DNA of 42,917 bases from Candidatus Nealsonbacteria bacterium (GCA_003560665.1 PWKK01000029.1:1-42917), one strand, 5' to 3'; counted from the first letter of the stretch, positions 18,593-27,566 are shown. Made by a program: numbers and translations. Notes: generated from the sequence alone by a model not told the origin.

Positions 18593-19633
18593 ATGTCTAA
18601 AATTCGTAAAATAATAATTATCGGAAGTAGCATCTGTGGAACGATTGCTCTAACTGTTCTTTTTATTTCTCTAGGGGAAGAGTTTTTTCCGAGAGAGGAT
18701 GTTCCAACAATGAGAGAGGGTGGTGTTATCGCTGAAAGTTGGATAAGAAACTTTTCTCCCACATACACTCTTTCCGGAAAAGATATCTGGATTACAAACA
18801 GCGAAGAGATTGAGAGGGGAGAGTATGAGTTTGTTTTTTCGTTTATAACCGAAAGCCCTGAATACGGCACGCACGAAAATGAGATGAAGGTTAGAACAAA
18901 AAACACGGAGGTGGTAAGTGCGATTACTAATGGTATTTTCGATGAAATCAGCGGCAATTATCTAGAAAAAGAAGAAACAGTTGATCTTTATTTTGTAATT
19001 GAAGAAGAAGAGGAAAGAAGCATTCGTGCGGTAGAAAGATCAATTTCTGTTTCGGCGGTGGAAAATATCGAAGAAGTACTTCTCGCAGAGCTTTTCAAAG
19101 GACCGAGCGTAGAAGAAAAAGAAGCGGGTTATCTTACCTTTATTGAGGATGCAACAAGGATTTTTTCGTTTAGAGTTGAGAACGGAACTGCCTTTATCGA
19201 GCTTAGTACCCCTTTTGACCAGCAACCGGAAATTGCTGCAGAACAGATAAAGCGAACTCTTCTTCAGATAGATGGTGTCAGTGAAGTGAGAGCTCCGGAA
19301 AGAAGAAGGAGGGTTACTCTTGAAATAGAAGGAGTGCCGGAAGATTTTCTCTTTACAGAAGATTTAGACGAAGGATCAGAGGGAGTAGATGTAAGGTATT
19401 TACAGATTGTTTTAAACGCTGATCCTGAGACAATGGTTGCTCAGCAAGGGCCGGGATCTCCCGGCGAAGAGGTTGAGTCGTTCGGATCATCAACAACTCA
19501 CGCAGTGATGGCATTTCAAAGAAAGTATGACGATGAAATACTGAAGCCTGCAGGATTGATTTTAAGCACGGGGATTGTTGATGAGCACACAAGAGATAAA
19601 CTTAATTCTATTTTAGAAGAAAGTAGGTGGTAG
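18593..19633 (+). CDS. Membrane-anchored GerMN-domain protein with C-terminal peptidoglycan-binding (PG_binding_1-like) domain
   Basis: TM helix after MSKIRK; VDLYF...ELFKGPSVEEKEAGY...QIKRTLLQIDGVSEV (GerMN); LDEGSEGVDVRYLQIVLN...FGSSTTHAVMAFQRKY...TGIVDEHTRDKLN. Confidence 0.75.
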   Translation: MSKIRKIIIIGSSICGTIALTVLFISLGEEFFPREDVPTMREGGVIAESWIRNFSPTYTLSGKDIWITNSEEIERGEYEFVFSFITESPEYGTHENEMKVRTKNTEVVSAITNGIFDEISGNYLEKEETVDLYFVIEEEEERSIRAVERSISVSAVENIEEVLLAELFKGPSVEEKEAGYLTFIEDATRIFSFRVENGTAFIELSTPFDQQPEIAAEQIKRTLLQIDGVSEVRAPERRRRVTLEIEGVPEDFLFTEDLDEGSEGVDVRYLQIVLNADPETMVAQQGPGSPGEEVESFGSSTTHAVMAFQRKYDDEILKPAGLILSTGIVDEHTRDKLNSILEESRW

Positions 19634-19634
19634 C

Positions 19635-19662
19635 AAGGGGAAACCCCTTATATAAAAGGTCG
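19635..19662 (+). promoter_or_regulatory. Hairpin AAGGGG-AAA-CCCCTT followed by AAAAGGTCG motif, copy 3
   Basis: Motif at 19654-19662, 28 nt before ATG 19691. Confidence 0.6.
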
Positions 19663-19690
19663 AACTATTAATCAGTTTTAATTATGTATT

Positions 19691-20482
19691 ATGATTAACA
19701 AATTATTAATTGGAATCGTACTTGTAGTCGTTGTTGCCTTGATCGGGTTCTTCATTTCTACTTTAGATATGCCTGAGCCTCTCGACGACGACGAAGTTGA
19801 AGAGTATGTTAATATCGCTGAAGAGTGGATTCGTGAAAATGCAAAAACTTTTACCGAAAGAGGGGGATCTCAACTAGAACACATTAGAACAGTCGAGTTA
19901 GAGGAGGGGGTATACGAGATAGCTTTTGAATTTGAAGCTGCTTTCGCCGGATACGGACCGGTAGATGAAGATGAAATGGCTGCACAAGTGATTACTCCAC
20001 ACACCGTAGTGGTAATAGTGGAGGATGGAGAAGTGGTCAGCGTTATTACAGATGAGGAGTATGACGAAATGGAAGGGAGAGAGGTCGAAGCAGTGGAGGA
20101 AATAGATGAAGATATGGTTACAATAGATGTTTATTTCGTAACAGTAGAAGATGGTATGGAAGGAGTTAGTGCCGTAACAAGAGAGTTTCCGGTGCCTCAA
20201 GACATAAAAGTGTATGCTTTAAATGAGTTACTGGAAGGACCGACCAGTGAAGAAGAGGCGGAAGGGTACTCAACCGCAATAGACGAAGAAACGACACTTA
20301 ATTCCCTTTCTATCGAGGAAGGAGTCGCTTATGCAGATTTTAGTGCAGAGCTGGATGCCTCCGGATCTGCAACCGTAATGATGATTCGTGATCAGATTGA
20401 GAGGACGCTTCTTCAGTTTGAAACAGTAGATGAGGTTGTGATATCTATTGAAGGAGAAACAGAAGAAATCTTACAGCCCTAA
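19691..20482 (+). CDS. Membrane-anchored acidic GerMN-domain protein, paralog of the upstream gene
   Basis: N-terminal TM; IDVYF...ALNELLEGPTSEEEAEGYSTAI...AYADFS...QIERTLLQFETVDEVVISIEGETEEILQP. Confidence 0.82.
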   Translation: MINKLLIGIVLVVVVALIGFFISTLDMPEPLDDDEVEEYVNIAEEWIRENAKTFTERGGSQLEHIRTVELEEGVYEIAFEFEAAFAGYGPVDEDEMAAQVITPHTVVVIVEDGEVVSVITDEEYDEMEGREVEAVEEIDEDMVTIDVYFVTVEDGMEGVSAVTREFPVPQDIKVYALNELLEGPTSEEEAEGYSTAIDEETTLNSLSIEEGVAYADFSAELDASGSATVMMIRDQIERTLLQFETVDEVVISIEGETEEILQP

Positions 20483-20518
20483 TTCTTGAAGAGGACAGAC
20501 TTTACGGGATATTTTCTG

Positions 20519-20550
20519 AAAAACGGCGAGAAATCGCCGTTTTTCTTTTT
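20519..20550 (+). terminator. Intrinsic terminator
   Basis: AAAAACGGCGA-GAAA-TCGCCGTTTTT followed by CTTTTT. Confidence 0.8.
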
Positions 20551-20574
20551 AACAAATTGATGTAAAATAAACGT

Positions 20575-21432
20575 ATGGCTCAAGAAAAACCTAAAATAGG
20601 TGCTCACGTTTCAGTCTCCGGAGGATTGCTCAAGGGAATAGAAAGAGCAGAGGAGATGGGGGCAGAGTGCTTCCAAATTTTTGCAGGGAGTCCGCGAAGA
20701 TACGAGGTACCTCTTTTTGCAAAAGAGGAAATAGATAATTACAAGAAAAAGATTTGTCAAAGTCAGATATCTCCTGCCTACATTCATGCAAGTTATCTGC
20801 TCAACCTTGCGTCAGAGGATGATAATATTCTCCAAAAATCTTTGAAAAGTATTCAAGATGCACTTTTTTTTGCAGATCGTATCGGTGCGGATGGCGTAGT
20901 ATATCACCCCGGCTCTCCGAAAGGAGGATCAAAAGAAAAGGCGATCAAAAGAGAGATTAAAAGTATTTTAGAGGTCTTAAGCAAAACTCCTGAAAATACT
21001 TTTCTTGTTATCGAGAACACGGCTGGTCAAAAGAAGATCGGAACTAATCCCGAGGAAGTAGGATATATTTTTCGGAAAGTGAATTCCTCCCGCCTGCGAG
21101 TTTGTATTGATACCGCTCACTCACTTGAGGCCGGAAACATAAAAAGATTTACCGAGAAAAAGATTAAGGAATGGTTTGCATTGTGGGAAAAAGAAGTTGG
21201 CGTGCAAGGCGTGTGTCTTTTGCATATTAACGATTCTTTAACTTCTCCCGAATCTCAACACGACCGGCATGCTAACATCGGAGAAGGTTTTATCGGACTG
21301 GAGGGATTTAAAAAACTGATGAGTTTCAAGAAGATTGCTGATATTCCTTGGATACTGGAAGTTCCCGGGTTTGACGGAAAGGGCCCTGATAAAAAAAACA
21401 TAGATATATTAAAGAAAATGCGGGCAAAGTAG
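20575..21432 (+). CDS. nfo: Endonuclease IV (AP endonuclease family 2)
   Basis: IGAHVS, IHASYLLNLAS, HPGS, IENTAG, CIDTAH, HINDS, DRHANIGEG, ILEVP. Confidence 0.95.
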   Translation: MAQEKPKIGAHVSVSGGLLKGIERAEEMGAECFQIFAGSPRRYEVPLFAKEEIDNYKKKICQSQISPAYIHASYLLNLASEDDNILQKSLKSIQDALFFADRIGADGVVYHPGSPKGGSKEKAIKREIKSILEVLSKTPENTFLVIENTAGQKKIGTNPEEVGYIFRKVNSSRLRVCIDTAHSLEAGNIKRFTEKKIKEWFALWEKEVGVQGVCLLHINDSLTSPESQHDRHANIGEGFIGLEGFKKLMSFKKIADIPWILEVPGFDGKGPDKKNIDILKKMRAK

Positions 21433-21544
21433 AGAAAGAGTCATTTTAAAGAGTTTGCCTTTTTCTGATATTCAATATAAAATGAGAAGAAAATGGGATA
21501 AGTATTGCTTATCTCAGATTAGTTTAATAATTAATAAAAAAGAT

Positions 21545-21991
21545 ATGACTAATGAAAAAAGAGTGGTTGTCGGAGGAACATTTGACTCTTTTCACAAAGG
21601 GCACAGGGGTTTTTTGGAAAAAGCGTCATCGCTGGGAAGTGTAAAAATCGGGCTTACTTCCGATCAAATGGCCAAAGAAACAAAAGGAGTGGAAGTTGAA
21701 CCGTTTGAAGACCGCCGTAAACATCTTCTCGAATTTCTTCCGAGTGCAGAGATAGAGGAGATAACTGATCCTGTTGGGTTTGCGACAATTGAAGATTTTT
21801 ATTATATTGTCGTTTCTCCGGAGACGAGAAACCGTGCGGAAAGAATAAATGAGGAGAGGAGAAATTCCGGTAAAGAGGAGATAGAGATTGTAGAAATGGA
21901 ATTTGTTCTTGCCGAAGACGGGGAGCCCATTTCTTCCACGAGAATAAGAGAAGGAGATATCGACAAAGAGGGTAAAGTAATAAACCGATAA
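21545..21991 (+). CDS. coaD: Phosphopantetheine adenylyltransferase, archaeal/eukaryotic type
   Basis: VVVGGTFDSFHKGH, IGLTSD, IVVSPET, INEERR, VLAEDGEPISSTRIREGDID. Start at ATG 21545. Confidence 0.85.
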   Translation: MTNEKRVVVGGTFDSFHKGHRGFLEKASSLGSVKIGLTSDQMAKETKGVEVEPFEDRRKHLLEFLPSAEIEEITDPVGFATIEDFYYIVVSPETRNRAERINEERRNSGKEEIEIVEMEFVLAEDGEPISSTRIREGDIDKEGKVINR

Positions 21992-21995
21992 AGAG

Positions 21996-22298
21996 ATGAG
22001 AAAAGTAATGGACTTCCATGAAATTGCGGAGATTATCACTAAAGCTCTCATTGAAAAGAAGATAGTAGAGATTTATTATCCGCGTACAAATAAAAGCGAA
22101 GAAGGTTGGAGAGAAATAGAACCAGAGAGTATTACAACGGACATTCCCCCTGACGGGGAAAGACTTGTTGCAGGTGAAGACAGGTTGAGTCCCGGACATA
22201 TTTTAAACGCCTATGACGCTGGGTCGAAAAGAAAAGAGTTGAAGTCTTTTATTTTTGGCAAAATTAAACAAGCACGTATTTCATCGTGTCACTGTTAA
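21996..22298 (+). CDS. Stand-alone WYL-domain protein
   Basis: ITKALIEKKIVEIYY...WREIEP...ILNAYD...ELKSFIFGKI follows the WYL pattern; no HTH or WCX domain. Confidence 0.65.
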   Translation: MRKVMDFHEIAEIITKALIEKKIVEIYYPRTNKSEEGWREIEPESITTDIPPDGERLVAGEDRLSPGHILNAYDAGSKRKELKSFIFGKIKQARISSCHC

Positions 22299-22308
22299 GC
22301 AAAAAAGT

Positions 22309-23751
22309 ATGGATGTTGATTACCAGGCAATCATAGAAAAAGCGAGGGACGGAGTAGTGGTTGTTGATGAAGGAGTTATCAAATATGTAAATCCGTCCGT
22401 AACAAATTTTTTGGGCTATGACAAGGAAGATTTTCTCGGTGCAAAATTTTTAAGCTTTATCTATAAAAAAGACCGAGAAAAAATTCAAAAAAATTACGAA
22501 GAAAAGGTGAGAGGATCAGAGAATTTTCTCTACGAAACAAAAATGAAAAAGAAAGACGGAAGCTTGCTGACGGTGGAAGTTCGAGCACAAAAGATAAAAA
22601 ATCGGGAGAAGGTGGTAGATTTAGCAATTATTAGAGATGTTAGTTCGCGGAAAAAAGCGGAAGAAGTTTTCTTTAGGCAAGAAGAAAGATTTCATGCTGT
22701 TACGGAAAACACGCCTGACATTATTGCTCGATTTGATCGAGATTACCGTTACGTGTATATCAATGCGGCCGGAGAGGATGCTCTTGGAATTTCAAGAAAG
22801 GATATTTTTTGGAAAACAGAGAGAGATATCGGAGTAGAAGAAGAGAAAGCGGGAGCATTCGAAGACGCAATCAGTTTTGTTTTTAAAAACCGCAAAAGGA
22901 AAACTTTCTACAGCGAAATGACGGTTAAAGGTGAAAAAAGACATCACTACACCATCATGGTTCCGGAATTTTTTGCAGACGGAGATGTTAATTCGGTGTT
23001 AAGCATTACGAGGGATATTACGAAAATAAAAGAAATTGATCAGATAAAATCAGAATTTATCTCGATCACTTCACATCAACTTCGTTCTCCACTTTCTGTA
23101 ATAAGTTGGTGTTCACTGGCTCTTATTCGGGGAGACTTCGGAAAAATTTCCGAAGAGAAAAAAAAGTACATGGAAAAGATTCATGAATCTGCGCAGAAGC
23201 TAATTAAGATAACGGACGTCTTTCTTGATACGACGATGATTGACCTGGAGATGTTTATTTTTAATCCTAAAAAAGTAGATATCGCGGAAGAGGCGAAGGC
23301 AGTTACGCGAGAGTTTGCCAATCTTGTAGAAAAGAAAAAAATCAAATTCACCGAAGATTATAAGAATCTTTCTCCGGTAAGATTTGACCCCCGTGTTTTA
23401 AAAATTATTTTCCGAGGAATAATCTCTAATGCATTGGAGTATACTGCAAAAGGAGGAGAGGTTTACTTTGTCCTAGAAAAGAAAGGTGATGGAGAAATAT
23501 ATTTGGAAGTAGGCGATAGTGGCTGTGGAATATCAAAAAAGAATAAAGAAAAAATATTTACGAAGTTTTATCGTGCAAAGGAGGCGAGAGATATAAAGAC
23601 GTACGGAACCGGTCTTAACCTTTATCTTATAAAATCTATTCTGGATAACATTGGAGGAAGTATCGAGGTGCAATCTCCGAACCCGAGATTTGGCAAAGGA
23701 ACGGTTTTTTATATAAAATTTCCGGTTTCTGCCAAAGAAAAATCCCTATAA
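22309..23751 (+). CDS. Cytoplasmic PAS-PAS sensor histidine kinase
   Basis: Two PAS/PAC units (YVN...IRDVS; YIN...TRDIT), H-box SHQLRSPL, N-box IISNA, G1 DSGCGI, F-box IFTKF, G2 GTGLNL; no TM segment. Start placed at ATG 22309. Confidence 0.9.
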   Translation: MDVDYQAIIEKARDGVVVVDEGVIKYVNPSVTNFLGYDKEDFLGAKFLSFIYKKDREKIQKNYEEKVRGSENFLYETKMKKKDGSLLTVEVRAQKIKNREKVVDLAIIRDVSSRKKAEEVFFRQEERFHAVTENTPDIIARFDRDYRYVYINAAGEDALGISRKDIFWKTERDIGVEEEKAGAFEDAISFVFKNRKRKTFYSEMTVKGEKRHHYTIMVPEFFADGDVNSVLSITRDITKIKEIDQIKSEFISITSHQLRSPLSVISWCSLALIRGDFGKISEEKKKYMEKIHESAQKLIKITDVFLDTTMIDLEMFIFNPKKVDIAEEAKAVTREFANLVEKKKIKFTEDYKNLSPVRFDPRVLKIIFRGIISNALEYTAKGGEVYFVLEKKGDGEIYLEVGDSGCGISKKNKEKIFTKFYRAKEARDIKTYGTGLNLYLIKSILDNIGGSIEVQSPNPRFGKGTVFYIKFPVSAKEKSL

Positions 23752-23761
23752 TATTTTATTT

Positions 23762-26700
23762 GTGGAATTTGAAAAAAGATATAAAAATCTTAATACAAAG
23801 CAACGTCTCGCAGTAAACCATATTGAAGGACCCCTTATTGTTATTGCCGGCCCTGGGTCGGGAAAAACAGAGCTGTTGGCGGTAAGAACTGCTAATATTC
23901 TCAAAAAAACGGACACACCGCCACAAAGTGTTCTTTGTCTTACTTTTACCAGTGCAGCGGCAATTAATATGAAAGAAAGGCTTTTTAATCTTATTGGAGA
24001 AGAATCCTATAAGGTTCCCGTGCACACTTTTCACAGTTTTTGCCTTGGAATAATTGAAAATTACCCCGACCTTTTTTTTAAAGGAGTTGATTTTGTTTTG
24101 GCCGATCAACCTACAAAGATGAAAATACTGGAAAGTGTTTTAGAGAGATTAAGTTTTGACGATCCGTTAAAGAAGCACCATCCGGAAGGCGGGTATGCTT
24201 ATCTAAGTGATATAGAAAGAGCAATTTTTTATCTACAGGACGGGGGAGTGAGCCCCATGGAACTCGAAAAAATATTGAGAGAAAACAAAAAAGAGATTAA
24301 AAAAATAAACAAACTGATCGGAAAGTTTTTGGAAAAAAGAATAAACAAAGAAACCCTTTCTTCCCTTGAAAAGTTTTTCAATGAAAGAGAAAGGTTAACA
24401 GAAGGGAGTAGTCGTTTAAAACCACTTTCAGAGGTAGTGTTTGGCTCTTTAAAAGAAGCGGTTTTTTCCGGGGAAACGACCAATCTTTCTGAATGGAAGC
24501 GAAAGATGACAAGAAGAGATGGAGGAGTGTTGGTTTTTAAAGAAACACTGCAGATGGAAAAATTAGAAAGCTTGGCAAAAGTCTACAACACATATCGTGA
24601 AGAGATGGACAAAAGAGGTTACTATACTTTTTCCGATATGATTTTAAATGTTACAGAGGTTTTGGAAAGAAACGAATCCTTAAGGTGTGAATTAAGGGAG
24701 AAATATCTTTATCTTCAGATTGATGAGTTTCAAGACACAAGTGGAGTACAGATGCGCCTCTTAAACCTTTTAACTCGTGATCAGGTGGATGAAAAGCCAA
24801 ACATTTGTGTTGTTGGAGATGACGATCAAGCCATTTACCGTTTCCAGGGAGCAGACATTTCCAATATACTTACATTCCAAGAAAAATATGCGAATGCAAA
24901 GATGGTTGTTCTTTTGAAAAATTATCGCTCGGTGCGAAAGATAACGGATGTTTCTCGGAGGGTTGTTTTGAAGGCAGAGGACCGTTTGGAAAATCGTTTT
25001 CCCGGGATAAAGAAAGACCTTGTCTCGGAGACTAAAAATGAAGGAAATATCATCGGAAGAACATTTCAGACGAAAGAAGAAGAACTTTCTTATGTTGCAA
25101 AAGAAGTAAAGAAAAAGATAGAAAAAGAAAATCCGGAAGAGATTGCGGTGATAGCAAGAACACACAACGAGATAAAGGAAGCACTCTGCTATCTCAATTC
25201 TCTAAAGGTTCCCACTTTTTCCGAAAGAAAAGAAAATGTTTTGGAAAAATCACACATCAGAGAAATTGTAACTATTTTGAGGTTTTCCGCCTATCTTTTA
25301 GAAAAAGAAGACAAGGGCGCAGAAGCACTTCTACCCGAGATATTGTCCTTTCCTTTTTTAAAAATAAAGAGAGAAAAGATTTGGGAGATTGCAAAAGAGA
25401 GTCACCAAAAAAAAATATCCTGGATAGATTATATTCTCGATGACTCCAAGACAAGGGATACAGGAAAGTTTTTGCTGGAAGTTTCTTCACTTGCAAAGAC
25501 GCATCCGGCGGAAGATGTTATCGATGTTATCATCGGGAACAAAGAGGTAGTGCTTGAGGGGAGGAAGAAGTTTTTTTCCGGATTTAAAGATTTTTATTTC
25601 AAAGAAAAATTAGAAGAAGGGAAGACAGAAGAATATCTCTCATTCCTTTCTTCATTAAGGTGCTTTATAACCGCTGTTAGAAAACACCGAAGGAAAAAAT
25701 ATATTGGAGTAAAAGAAGCAGTTGATCTTGTTGAATTCTACGAAAAAAACAAAATTCCGATTTTAGACAAGAACCCTCTTGTATCTGAGAAAGATGCTGT
25801 TTCTTTGATTACTGCTCACGGAGCAAAGGGAAGGGAATTTGAAACGGTTTTCGTTTTAAACTGCAATCAAAGTTCATGGGGAAAAGAAAAAGGAGCCGGA
25901 AAACTTTCTTTCCCGATGAACCTTCCTCTCGAAAAGGCGGGAAACAAAAGAGATGAAATGATAAGGCTTTTTTATGTAGCGATTACTCGAGCAAAAAAAG
26001 ATCTTTATTTGACAACCTACAAAAAGAAAAGAGACGGTAGGGAGTTGATGAACCTTGAATTTATCAGTGACCTTGAGATGGAAGAAAAAAGAGAAAAAGT
26101 AGATGAGGGCGCAGTTGCTTATTCTATCAATCATGAAAATATTCTCTCTTTCTGTAAAAATGAAAAAAACCTTCTCCTCCCTTTGGCTGAAAACTATAAA
26201 CTAAGTGCAACGGGATTTAACAAGTTTTTAAATGTTGATTCCGGCGGCCCGCAAAGATTTTTTGAAGACACTCTTCTTCGCTTTCCGCAAAAAAAGACAA
26301 AAATGCTTTCTTACGGGACAGCGGTGCATGGTGCAATTGCGGAAATACAATATATTTTAAAGAAAGAAGAAAAGTTGTTGTCTGAAAAAGAGTTTTTAGA
26401 ACTCTTTGAAAAGTTTCTGGAAAGAGAAAGATTGTCTGAAGAAGATTTTTCCGAAACGTTGAAACGTGGGAAGAAAGAGCTGCCTCTTTTTTACAAGGAA
26501 AAGATAAAATATTTTTCTCCGGAAAATATTGCGGAGAAAAACTTTGCCGATGAGGGTTGTTTTATAGGAGGTGTTCCGATTACCGGAAAGATTGATAAAA
26601 TGATTATTGATGGAAAAAGCATAAAGGTTTTTGACTATAAGACGGGCGCCCCGCTTATCAGCTGGAGAGAAAAAGAAGAGAACAAAAAGATAAAAGCTTG

Positions 26701-26995
26701 GCAGTATAGAAACCAACTTCTTTTTTACAAACTTTTAATTGAGAGCTCGAGAGATTTTGACGGGTATGTTGTCTCTGATGGTTTTTTAGAGTTTATTACT
26801 CCCGACAAAGAAAAAAAAATAATCACTCTTCCTCTGAAAATCGAGGAAGAGGATGTTAGAAGAGTTACAACGCTCATCGAAGTAATAGGGAAAAAGATAC
26901 TTTCTTTAAACTTTCCTTCTGTTTATAAGTACAAAAAGAAGTCGCTGAAAAGCATTCAAAAATTTGAGGAAGACCTTCTTGAAGGAAATATTTAA
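23762..26995 (+). CDS. UvrD/PcrA-family SF1A helicase fused to a C-terminal PD-(D/E)XK nuclease
   Basis: LNTKQ, AGPGSGKT, IDEFQD, VGDDDQAIYRFQGA, NYRS, TAHGAKGREF, RLFYVAITRAK; C-terminal GTAVH, GKID, DYKTG, QLLFY. Confidence 0.92.
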   Translation: MEFEKRYKNLNTKQRLAVNHIEGPLIVIAGPGSGKTELLAVRTANILKKTDTPPQSVLCLTFTSAAAINMKERLFNLIGEESYKVPVHTFHSFCLGIIENYPDLFFKGVDFVLADQPTKMKILESVLERLSFDDPLKKHHPEGGYAYLSDIERAIFYLQDGGVSPMELEKILRENKKEIKKINKLIGKFLEKRINKETLSSLEKFFNERERLTEGSSRLKPLSEVVFGSLKEAVFSGETTNLSEWKRKMTRRDGGVLVFKETLQMEKLESLAKVYNTYREEMDKRGYYTFSDMILNVTEVLERNESLRCELREKYLYLQIDEFQDTSGVQMRLLNLLTRDQVDEKPNICVVGDDDQAIYRFQGADISNILTFQEKYANAKMVVLLKNYRSVRKITDVSRRVVLKAEDRLENRFPGIKKDLVSETKNEGNIIGRTFQTKEEELSYVAKEVKKKIEKENPEEIAVIARTHNEIKEALCYLNSLKVPTFSERKENVLEKSHIREIVTILRFSAYLLEKEDKGAEALLPEILSFPFLKIKREKIWEIAKESHQKKISWIDYILDDSKTRDTGKFLLEVSSLAKTHPAEDVIDVIIGNKEVVLEGRKKFFSGFKDFYFKEKLEEGKTEEYLSFLSSLRCFITAVRKHRRKKYIGVKEAVDLVEFYEKNKIPILDKNPLVSEKDAVSLITAHGAKGREFETVFVLNCNQSSWGKEKGAGKLSFPMNLPLEKAGNKRDEMIRLFYVAITRAKKDLYLTTYKKKRDGRELMNLEFISDLEMEEKREKVDEGAVAYSINHENILSFCKNEKNLLLPLAENYKLSATGFNKFLNVDSGGPQRFFEDTLLRFPQKKTKMLSYGTAVHGAIAEIQYILKKEEKLLSEKEFLELFEKFLERERLSEEDFSETLKRGKKELPLFYKEKIKYFSPENIAEKNFADEGCFIGGVPITGKIDKMIIDGKSIKVFDYKTGAPLISWREKEENKKIKAWQYRNQLLFYKLLIESSRDFDGYVVSDGFLEFITPDKEKKIITLPLKIEEEDVRRVTTLIEVIGKKILSLNFPSVYKYKKKSLKSIQKFEEDLLEGNI

Positions 26996-27027
26996 TTGAT
27001 ATTGGTGCATTTAATCACTTGATGAAA

Positions 27028-27060
27028 AATAAAAACACTGATTTAATCAGTGTTTTTATT
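27028..27060. terminator. Perfect inverted repeat, probable bidirectional terminator between the helicase gene and hup
   Basis: AATAAAAACACTGAT-TTA-ATCAGTGTTTTTATT. Confidence 0.75.
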
Positions 27061-27078
27061 GTCTAACCGTAGAGGTTG

Positions 27079-27351
27079 CTATTTAATCAAGTCTTTAAGC
27101 GCTTTTCCAGGCTTAAACTTGGGAACTTTAGAAGCGGCAATCTTAATCTTCTCTTGAGTTCTCGGATTGATTCCTTGTCGTGCCTTTCTCTTGGCGACAG
27201 AAAAGGTTCCGAATCCCGTGAGAGTTACATCTTTTCCTTTTTTCAGTGAAGCACTAATTTCATCCAAAATAGTGTTAAGGCTTTTTTTTGCCTCACTCTT
27301 GGATACTTTGGTTTTTTCAGCTAATTTTTCGACAAGTTCTTCTTTTTTCAT
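27079..27351 (-). CDS. hup: DNA-binding protein HU
   Basis: MKKEEL, GFGTF, RKARQGINPRT, PKFKPGKALK. Confidence 0.96.
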   Translation of the reverse strand: MKKEELVEKLAEKTKVSKSEAKKSLNTILDEISASLKKGKDVTLTGFGTFSVAKRKARQGINPRTQEKIKIAASKVPKFKPGKALKDLIK

Positions 27352-27377
27352 AGATTAATTTTTTTAAATTAAATAAT

Positions 27378-27426
27378 CGACCTTTTGTGCTAAGCCATTA
27401 TAACAGTATTGGTAAATTTTTTTCAA
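27378..27426 (-). promoter_or_regulatory. hup promoter plus AAAAGGTCG motif, copy 4
   Basis: Minus strand TTGAAA-18 nt-(TGT)TATAAT; motif at 27386-27378, 26 nt before ATG 27351. Confidence 0.6.
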
Positions 27427-27566
27427 TAGTGGCTTGCCGTTTCAGGTGTTTGGCTATTGGTGAATATAACGGAGAAGGATTTTCTTGTCAACAGTATATG
27501 TTTTTACGGAAGCTGTAAAATCTGTTATGATAAACGGGAGTTTATTTATATAAAATTTTAAAAAGT

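Noticed and set aside
16798-26995. OLD nuclease plus UvrD helicase as a Gabija system
   Set aside because: They are 5.7 kb apart on opposite strands with seven genes between, and the helicase is a long nuclease-fused type unlike GajB.
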